Virus record (IMG/VR): IMGVR_UViG_3300014846_000084
Source of the DNA: a virus
Taxonomy: Duplodnaviria; Heunggongvirae; Uroviricota; Caudoviricetes
Length of the DNA: 12,726 nucleotides
Reading direction: 5' to 3' (one strand)
This document shows positions 7,144 through 12,726 of the stretch, piece by piece. Both the position numbers and the translations under genes were made by a program. A model generated the notes under the pieces. The model saw nothing but the letters and a program-made list of their open reading frames with translations, did no database searches and was not told the origin of the DNA. Within the stretch, counting starts at the first letter, position 1, and each line of letters starts with the position of its first letter.

Positions 7144-7632
7144 ATGGCATTAACGACCAAAAAAAAGCGGTTTGCTGATGCGTTATCAAGGGGCGCAAAT
7201 CCCACGGAAGCCGCTATACATGCGGGATACAGCGAAAAGACCGCAAGGGTTAAAGGCTGGCAGCTATCCAACGATCCTGAGGTGAAAAAGTATCTTAAGG
7301 CTGTAACTCCTGATGTAACTTTTCAGGTTACAAAACCGAAAAAAGTTACAAAGAAAGTTACCGAAAAAGTTACACCGGAACGGGCATCAATTAACACCAT
7401 TGAGATGATGGATAACGGCCTACCCGACCCCATCAAAGCAATGGGCAGGATACTGATTGACAACATGGACACAGATCCAAAACTGGCTTTAGATGCCGCG
7501 TTTAAGCTGGCCCAGTTCACCCACCGCAAGATCGGCAGCATTGGGAAAAAAGAGGTTAAAAAACTCAATGCCGCTAGTGTCTCCTCAAATCGGTTCCCCA
7601 TCCCTAAGCCACCAACAGGCTTAAAACACTGA
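7144..7632 (+). CDS. terS: Terminase small subunit (TerS, Terminase_2-like), 162 aa
   Basis: Track ORF 7012..7632 trimmed to the internal ATG at 7144, which has a GAGG SD. N-terminus FADALSRGANPTEAAIHAGYSEKTARVKGWQLSNDPEV matches the conserved TerS HTH signature (AGYS..TA). The upstream 44 codons of the track ORF are GC-rich, structured, non-coding-looking sequence. Confidence 0.8.
   Translation: MALTTKKKRFADALSRGANPTEAAIHAGYSEKTARVKGWQLSNDPEVKKYLKAVTPDVTFQVTKPKKVTKKVTEKVTPERASINTIEMMDNGLPDPIKAMGRILIDNMDTDPKLALDAAFKLAQFTHRKIGSIGKKEVKKLNAASVSSNRFPIPKPPTGLKH
7303..7375. repeat. Cluster of six GTTAC/GTAAC pentamer-containing repeats spaced about 12 bp apart inside terS (encoding the repetitive KVT linker); candidate pac/TerS recognition site
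   Basis: GTAAC at 7303 and 7315; GTTAC at 7328, 7345, 7357 and 7369. Two further AAAAGTTACAC copies lie just upstream of the terS start (GTTACAC at 7103-7109 and 7115-7121). Confidence 0.45.
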
Positions 7633-7643
7633 GGTAGCGAACT

Positions 7644-7805
7644 ATGAGCGAATACATCACAGACCCTATTGATGTACTCACGGAAATCATGAACGACAAG
7701 CAGCAGTCGACCGAAATACGGTTACAGGCCGCCGCTATTCTGATGCCATATTTTCACGAAACACTAAACCCGTGCTTCCAAGAGGAGGAAGAAGATGATC
7801 TGTAA
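7644..7805 (+). CDS. Small acidic protein (53 aa, MSEYITDPIDVLTEIMNDKQQSTEIRLQAAAILMPYFHETLNPCFQEEEEDDL); absent from the ORF track
   Basis: Translated by hand. ATG at 7644 lies 11 nt after the terS stop, with a GAGG about 9 nt upstream. Its 3' end overlaps the start of the capsid-like gene by 11 nt. Confidence 0.4.
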   Translation: MSEYITDPIDVLTEIMNDKQQSTEIRLQAAAILMPYFHETLNPCFQEEEEDDL

Positions 7806-8718
7806 AAACATGAAAGGCGTGTCAGCAGTTCGCGCCGCCAGCGTGCTGGCATCGTGTAAATTTAGCCATGCTGACGCTATAGAGATGACGAAAAGAAATG
7901 ATCCGGCAGTATCGTTATTTCTTGAAAAATCCGTAGTAGCAGGAATGAACACGGATAACATGCCGTCGCTGGTGGCAGAGCCGATAGTAAGAGAGCTTGG
8001 CGAGTATATTTTTTCGCAGTCTGTACCAGGCAAGCTAATCAGCAGCGCGCTAAATCTTCCGTTTGGCGCAAAATTGCAGTCAATATCAGGCAAGGGTAGT
8101 AAATGGCTTAAAGAGGCCGAAGAAATCCCAGTCAAAGAGGGAGAAGTAAACGAAAGCGCGCTAAAACTGTGCAAACTCGGCGCTATTGTGATGCTGAATA
8201 ACGAGCTAATCAAATTTAGCACCCCTGGTACCAATTCAGCGATCAGAGACTTGATCACATCGGAATCGGTGAAAGAAATAGATAAAAAATTTCTTTCCAG
8301 TGACCAGGAGGTGGCTGGCGTATCCCCTGAGGGCGTGCTTAATGGTGCTGATGAGGCCGAAAACTTCATAGAGCTTTTCAAAAAGCACATAGCGAACGGT
8401 AACACGCTTGCCACGTCGTCGCTAATCTTGCCCGTAGAAAACGCCTTACAGCTTACTGATGCTGAGTTCTGGCAGATAGAGCTTTTGAGAATACCGGTAA
8501 TTGTGAGCGAACAGGCGGATCTCATGATGCTGATAGACGCTAAAAAGCTGATTATTAACGTTGAAGCCACGGTTATAACCCCAACTGATGAGGCGGTAAT
8601 AAAAACCGAATCAGGGACGGTTAGCCTTTTCCAGAATGACGCTACAGCGTTCATGGCAATCACCTATTGCGGATGGCAAAAACTCGATAAGGCCGTCACC
8701 GTTCTGGCGAAAAGCTGA
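7795..8718 (+). CDS. HK97-fold major capsid protein homolog (307 aa), putative; possibly a capsid-redirecting MCP paralog given the absence of other head genes
   Basis: AGGAGG SD 7 nt upstream of the ATG. The overall pattern, especially the C-terminal region (LRIPVIVSEQADLMMLIDAKKLIINVEATVITPT...SLFQNDATAFMAITYCGWQ), resembles HK97-type major capsid proteins. Assignment is by eye only. Confidence 0.55.
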   Translation: MICKNMKGVSAVRAASVLASCKFSHADAIEMTKRNDPAVSLFLEKSVVAGMNTDNMPSLVAEPIVRELGEYIFSQSVPGKLISSALNLPFGAKLQSISGKGSKWLKEAEEIPVKEGEVNESALKLCKLGAIVMLNNELIKFSTPGTNSAIRDLITSESVKEIDKKFLSSDQEVAGVSPEGVLNGADEAENFIELFKKHIANGNTLATSSLILPVENALQLTDAEFWQIELLRIPVIVSEQADLMMLIDAKKLIINVEATVITPTDEAVIKTESGTVSLFQNDATAFMAITYCGWQKLDKAVTVLAKS

Positions 8719-8732
8719 TTTTTCCGGCATCA

Positions 8733-8762
8733 ATCCCGATATGGTGATCCCCATATCGGGAT
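8733..8762. other. Perfect 12-bp inverted repeat hairpin (ATCCCGATATGG-tgatcc-CCATATCGGGAT) 15 nt after the capsid-like gene stop; possible weak terminator, RNA element or protein-binding site
   Basis: Arms at 8733-8744 and 8751-8762 are exact reverse complements. Followed by AT-rich sequence but not a clean T-run. Confidence 0.4.
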
Positions 8763-8805
8763 AATTACGAAATTTTCGCAGTTTAATAGCTGACCAGGTG
8801 GAGAA

Positions 8806-9087
8806 ATGACAGAAGCCGAAATACTGGGATTAATCCGCCGCGTTGCCGGAATCAGCAAGCAGGCCGACGAACAGGCCACGCAGCCGGACAGCGTGACCGC
8901 CGAAAATTATGTGCGTGTTGTTGCTGAGGTGATGCGCCGTGATGGTATCCAGCTTAATGATGTGGATATGCGCAACATACGGATCCGCGTTCTTGAAATG
9001 CTGGCCTACAATCGCCGCGTTGAACTGTATCGGGAGAAAGAAAAAATTACGTACCACTGGAAGAAGCCGGAGCGGTTACGGCGTTAA
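8806..9087 (+). CDS. Hypothetical protein (93 aa), last gene of the island
   Basis: Track ORF. AGGTGGAG SD at 8796-8803. Balanced, protein-like composition. Confidence 0.55.
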   Translation: MTEAEILGLIRRVAGISKQADEQATQPDSVTAENYVRVVAEVMRRDGIQLNDVDMRNIRIRVLEMLAYNRRVELYREKEKITYHWKKPERLRR

Positions 9088-9093
9088 CGAGTA

Positions 9094-9138
9094 GTGACAT
9101 ACCGTGACGGAGAGTGACAACCAGTGACACAACGTGAC
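9094..9138. repeat. Tandem array of five phased 10-bp repeats (GTGAC every 10 bp; consensus nnnGTGACAn) at the island terminus
   Basis: GTGAC at 9094, 9104, 9114, 9124 and 9134. Contains the octamer GACACAAC (9126-9133), which also occurs at 1275-1282 and 1536-1543. Confidence 0.6.
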
Positions 9139-9390
9139 AAAAAGACGGTATTTAAACAGGGGGAGTATTTAATACCCCTCCCACCAGCCTGATTAACATT
9201 TAACCGGAAAAAAAATCCGGTACCATGATGGCAGACGCTAGGGCAATCATTGCTGAAATTGCACACTTTTTAAGCAAATCATTTTAGTTATACGTTTGGT
9301 TATACGATTTAAAAGTTGAATCAAGCATATTTATTAAAATCATGTAGTTACACGCTAAATTAAACTACTCTCGTGCCAAAAATCCCAAGA

Positions 9391-9419
9391 AAAAACCAAC
9401 CCTTACGGTTGGTTTTTTT
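9391..9419. terminator. Bidirectional intrinsic terminator (AACCAACC-cttac-GGTTGGTT flanked by an A-run and a T-run); serves the convergent autotransporter gene and probably the island's rightward transcripts
   Basis: Perfect 8-bp stem (9394-9401 / 9407-9414) with a 5-nt loop, a T7 run on the + strand and an A-run upstream that gives a T-run on the minus strand. Lies about 60 nt past the autotransporter stop. Confidence 0.7.
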
Positions 9420-9480
9420 ATATCTGCAATTAATTCGATAAACAGACCGTGACACATCACAGCCTGTTTATTTTCTGTTA

Positions 9481-12072
9481 TCAGAACGTCCAGACCACAC
9501 CCGCCTGAGTATTCCACGGCGATTCTACCCCTGCGCCATTGCCATAGCTGACTGACAAATGACCGCTTAACGTCGGGGTAAACGATGACCTTATACCAGC
9601 CTGATAAACGCCACTGGTTCCAGCCACATCATTATTAAATTTGCCATCGTCATTAACTTTCACCTGGTTAGAATCGGCGTATTCCTGACGCACGGCCGCT
9701 TTCAGCCAGGGTTCCAGCGTCGTACCGTTTTGCAGGTCCATGTGATAGCTTACCGCCGTTCCCGCTTCAGCGCGTAATATCCGGGTATTTCCCACATCCG
9801 CGCGCATGCCGTTTGATAACGTGTAGTCCTGACCATCTGTGGTAAAGCCGGTAAAGGCCAGATAGGGTCTAACACTCCACAATCCGTCAACCCAACGGAA
9901 CCCGCTCTCAACATGAGCACCCGCGCCGTTACTATTGTAATCGCCAAACGCTGTTGCCCCATTACTCATCTTGCCATGGATGGTGTTGGCAAAACGGTCA
10001 ACTTTCACCACCCCATCAACATAGGCACCGTTCTGATGCTCCCAACCGGCATAAGCCCCCAGGGTATAGCTATCGATATTACCTTTGCCGCCGCGATCAA
10101 AACCAATATCAGAATGAGAGTAACCAAAGATCAAGCCGCGAATTGTACTGCTTTCTTCACGGGAGAAACGGCTATCGATACCGAGCGTCAGGCCCGTCAA
10201 TGTTTGCTCAAAACCAGCTCCCGCATCAGTGGTCACGTTGTTGCGGGTGTTAATTGCCGAACTCCACATCGCCGTATCGTAACTAACGCCTTTTACGCTA
10301 CCAAGACGCTCACGCACGGTGTCCAGTTCTGCATCAAATACCAGCGGTTGTGCGGCCGCCATATTCAGCACATCAGTGGTTGAAGGGGTAATTTGCGCGC
10401 GATTCTCTGCCAGACTCCAGCTATGGTTGCCATTATCCAGCAAGGTATATTCATACGTACCGATATCAACAACGCCTCCGGCATTGCCCAACGTAAATGC
10501 AGCATCACCGCCGCCCGTTGTTACCAGTGTAAGGCTATCTCCTGCTGCCGGGCTGGCACCGGTGTCCGTCACGAATATTTTGAAATCACCTGTTGCCTGA
10601 CCGGTGACGTTGAGCTGATCGCTCTGATGATTAGCCATATCGGTACGCATATAAAAATTGCCGTTTCCCGACAGGGTATTGGTGGTCAACGTAATGAAAT
10701 TTTCCGCACTTGCCGTCACTGATGAACGAGTCACTGGCTCATCCATCATAATCACATTTGCGTCAGACATCGCAAGGTTGGCTAAGTTGAGGAGGGTGTT
10801 TTGGTTCGTCGTAGTGATATCGGCAATGATGGTCCATACGCTATTTTCGAGCGAAACGTCCGCTTTGCTGGTATCCACGGCACCATTCGTTCTAAAAGAA
10901 GCGCCCTCAGAAACCACTACCTTACCCACCAACATTGCGGGTGCATAATTTATTTGCGGCTTCATGACCTCAAGAATGCCATCATTCCCTCTGACTGAAA
11001 CGTTAACCATTGTGCCAGCCCAGACGTTAGCGCGGCCATTGTTGATAACCATATTTTCAGAGATGGCTTTTGAGGAATACGTGATACTTCCATTCTGATA
11101 TGATCGACCGAGATCATATACCGCATTTGCCTGCACTTTCGTACCAGTATCCTTTCCCAGCGATTGCATAGTGGCATGCTTATCAAGGATAGTATCAATG
11201 GCCTGCGTGTCCTCCATAACAATGAGCCCGGAACCATCATCCAGTTCATAATTTTTTGACACACCATCTTTTATACTAAATTGGCCTTTACTGTTTGGAC
11301 CACTCACTTCCAGCGCATTCGTTGAGACAATTAATTTTCCGCCTGCTTTTTTATCAACGCCAGTTACAGTCCCGCCATCCATAACCTCCAGTAAGCCGCC
11401 ACTATCTACAGTGGTATTATAAGCGAAGTCATTTTCTTCAACTCGCAAACTTCCGCCGTTTTCCAACAACATATTATTAGCAATACCATTCTTGATATCG
11501 AACTGACCGAGACGGTTTGTTCCGAATACCTCCATGGCCCGCGTGGTTGTTTTAATAGCACCGCCTGCTTTCTGATCTACCGCAAATGCAAATCCCCCCT
11601 CTTTAACCTCCAGTAGTCCTCCCTTTTCGATAGCGACAAAGACGGCCCCCCCATCTTTTTCAACGATTAAGCGCCCGCCTTTAATCGTGGTATCATTCGC
11701 TGCGCCATAAACCTGTAGCACACCATTATTGAGCGTAGTCTGGTTTGCCGCGCCACCCATTTGAACAATTTGATAACCGTCATTTAATACTGAGTATTCT
11801 GCGGCGCCATTCATTTCAATGTACTGATACCCTCCGTTAATTTCAGTATTATTACTTACACCAAATTCTTTTATATGCTGTTCTCCGCCAGGATTGATTT
11901 TCGTATTATTGGCGGTCCCATAAACCAGCTGGATATCTTTTTCCAGGACAACACCATCAACTGTCTCACCATACTCAACAGTTGATGCCAATGCTATGGG
12001 TGAATATAACGCTGTAGCCACCAGAACAGATATTGCGGAACGACAAAGAGAAACAGAACCAGATTGATGCAT
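9481..12072 (-). CDS. AIDA-I-type (type Va) autotransporter adhesin, 863 aa, with signal peptide, repeat-rich passenger and C-terminal beta-barrel translocator
   Basis: N-terminal signal-peptide-like segment (LCRSAISVLVATALYSPIALAST). Passenger region has recurring glycine-rich repeats (e.g. NTKINPGGEQ, NTEINGGYQY, IVEKDGGAVF, LEVKEGGFAF). C-terminal about 280 aa has alternating aromatic/hydrophobic beta-strand pattern and ends ...AGVVWTF, typical of autotransporter beta-domains. Confidence 0.88.
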   Translation of the reverse strand: MHQSGSVSLCRSAISVLVATALYSPIALASTVEYGETVDGVVLEKDIQLVYGTANNTKINPGGEQHIKEFGVSNNTEINGGYQYIEMNGAAEYSVLNDGYQIVQMGGAANQTTLNNGVLQVYGAANDTTIKGGRLIVEKDGGAVFVAIEKGGLLEVKEGGFAFAVDQKAGGAIKTTTRAMEVFGTNRLGQFDIKNGIANNMLLENGGSLRVEENDFAYNTTVDSGGLLEVMDGGTVTGVDKKAGGKLIVSTNALEVSGPNSKGQFSIKDGVSKNYELDDGSGLIVMEDTQAIDTILDKHATMQSLGKDTGTKVQANAVYDLGRSYQNGSITYSSKAISENMVINNGRANVWAGTMVNVSVRGNDGILEVMKPQINYAPAMLVGKVVVSEGASFRTNGAVDTSKADVSLENSVWTIIADITTTNQNTLLNLANLAMSDANVIMMDEPVTRSSVTASAENFITLTTNTLSGNGNFYMRTDMANHQSDQLNVTGQATGDFKIFVTDTGASPAAGDSLTLVTTGGGDAAFTLGNAGGVVDIGTYEYTLLDNGNHSWSLAENRAQITPSTTDVLNMAAAQPLVFDAELDTVRERLGSVKGVSYDTAMWSSAINTRNNVTTDAGAGFEQTLTGLTLGIDSRFSREESSTIRGLIFGYSHSDIGFDRGGKGNIDSYTLGAYAGWEHQNGAYVDGVVKVDRFANTIHGKMSNGATAFGDYNSNGAGAHVESGFRWVDGLWSVRPYLAFTGFTTDGQDYTLSNGMRADVGNTRILRAEAGTAVSYHMDLQNGTTLEPWLKAAVRQEYADSNQVKVNDDGKFNNDVAGTSGVYQAGIRSSFTPTLSGHLSVSYGNGAGVESPWNTQAGVVWTF

Positions 12073-12269
12073 TGAGCTTTCATCCTATGAAATTAATTGC
12101 TGTTAAAAGCATTGGGTACAGAAAATACCCATAGCTCCATACCCGGAGTCAGTTTTTAAAAACTGTTTAAAGAAATGCACAAGTATTGTGATTGATTTTT
12201 TAGTTGTTTTTCTTGATGAGAAGCTGATGCAAAATTCCGTCTTTATAATGAAAATGATGCCAAAGCGAA

Positions 12270-12726
12270 TAGACTGGCCCCCTGAATCTCCAGACAACCA
12301 ATATCACTTAAATAAGTGATAGTCTTAATACTAGTTTTTAGACTAGTCATTGGAGAACAGATGATTGATGTCTTAGGGCCGGAGAAACGCAGACGGCGTA
12401 CCACACAGGAAAAGATCGCAATTGTTCAGCAGAGCTTTGAACCGGGGATGACGGTCTCCCTCGTTGCCCGGCAACATGGTGTAGCAGCCAGCCAGTTATT
12501 TCTCTGGCGTAAGCAATACCAGGAAGGAAGTCTTACTGCTGTCGCCGCCGGAGAACAGGTTGTTCCTGCCTCTGAACTTGCTGCCGCCATGAAGCAGATT
12601 AAAGAACTCCAGCGCCTGCTCGGCAAGAAAACGATGGAAAATGAACTCCTCAAAGAAGCCGTTGAATATGGACGGGCAAAAAAGTGGATAAAGCACGCGC
12701 CCTTATTGCCCGGGGATGGGGAGTAA
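12270..12726 (+). mobile_element. IS2 (IS3 family) insertion sequence, left end only; IRL begins about 12270 and the element continues beyond the window
   Basis: Sequence from about 12270 (TAGACTGGCCCCCTGAATCTCCAGACAACC...) matches my recollection of the IS2 left inverted repeat, and the downstream ORF matches IS2 orfA. Recognised from memory, not from a search. Confidence 0.8.
12361..12726 (+). CDS. insC: IS2 transposase OrfA (InsC-like HTH protein), 121 aa
   Basis: Track ORF 12316..12726 trimmed to the ATG at 12361, which has a GGAGAACAG SD-like sequence upstream. Translation [40 protein letters not shown]... is the IS2/IS3-family OrfA as I recall it. Confidence 0.88.
   Translation: MIDVLGPEKRRRRTTQEKIAIVQQSFEPGMTVSLVARQHGVAASQLFLWRKQYQEGSLTAVAAGEQVVPASELAAAMKQIKELQRLLGKKTMENELLKEAVEYGRAKKWIKHAPLLPGDGE

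Larger units (their letters stand above)
1..9390. mobile_element. Putative integrated phage satellite / P4-PICI-like island (int-alpA-regulator-pri-ori-terS-capsid homolog). Left att site lies outside the window; right boundary approximate, somewhere between 9140 and 9390.
   Basis: Gene order and content: integrase at base 1, AlpA, P4-type primase with iterons, TerS and a single capsid-like gene, without portal, protease, large terminase or tail genes. The next gene (autotransporter) is convergent and ends at a bidirectional terminator. Confidence 0.55.

Noticed and set aside
7764-8663. 299-aa ORF on the minus strand
   Set aside because: Antisense to the capsid-like gene. Serine-rich, low-complexity translation with no start context.
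1258-9138. CRISPR array as an explanation for the repeat clusters
   Set aside because: Repeat units are only 8-10 bp with 10-12 bp periodicity and no unique spacers of 30 bp or more. They are consistent with protein-binding iterons or operators, not CRISPR.
9203-9221. Hairpin ACCGGA-A7-TCCGGT, considered as a terminator
   Set aside because: Short 6-bp stem with a poly-A loop and no following T-run on either strand, so not a convincing intrinsic terminator.
9150-9480. tRNA gene or tRNA 3' end fragment marking attR
   Set aside because: No T-loop-like GGTTCGAnTCC motif or acceptor-stem/CCA arrangement could be recognised by eye in this interval. The left att site is outside the window, so the core cannot be matched.
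9750-11267. Several 65-156 aa ORFs on both strands within the autotransporter locus
   Set aside because: Nested within or antisense to the 863-aa autotransporter ORF, which has a clear signal peptide and beta-domain.
9481-12072. Assigning a specific gene name to the autotransporter
   Set aside because: The length and the neighbouring IS element suggest a known enterobacterial autotransporter locus, but I cannot confirm identity without a sequence search, so no symbol is given.
12103-12297. 64-aa minus-strand ORF
   Set aside because: Spans the autotransporter promoter region and the IS2 terminal repeat. AT-rich, no SD, non-protein-like composition.
12316-12360. N-terminal extension of the IS2 orfA ORF in the track
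   Set aside because: The extension lies within the IS2 terminal inverted repeat region. The protein as I recall it begins MIDVLGPEK at 12361.

Overview
The window reads as a compact integrated phage-satellite-like island (P4/PICI-type, about 9.3 kb), followed by a chromosomal autotransporter gene and the left end of an IS2 element. The island starts at base 1 with a P4-family tyrosine integrase and AlpA regulator, then an ORF with a Bro-N-like segment, a divergent ribbon-helix-helix regulator with operator-like repeats, and five coupled small ORFs leading into a P4-type primase/helicase with an iteron array (candidate ori) immediately downstream. The late region has small ORFs, a terminase small subunit with GTTAC repeats, an HK97-like major-capsid homolog and a terminal 93-aa ORF, with no portal, protease or large terminase. 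Phased 10-bp CA-rich repeat arrays sit after int and at the island terminus. Downstream, an 863-aa type Va autotransporter lies on the minus strand, with IS2 (IRL plus insC) inserted about 200 bp upstream of its start. All calls rest on reading the six-frame translations and the DNA by eye; no database search was possible, so family assignments are motif-based, and island boundaries and att sites are not resolved. The most interesting items are the satellite's packaging module (TerS plus lone capsid homolog), the three repeat arrays, the divergent regulatory switch, and the uncharacterised small-gene operon upstream of the primase.
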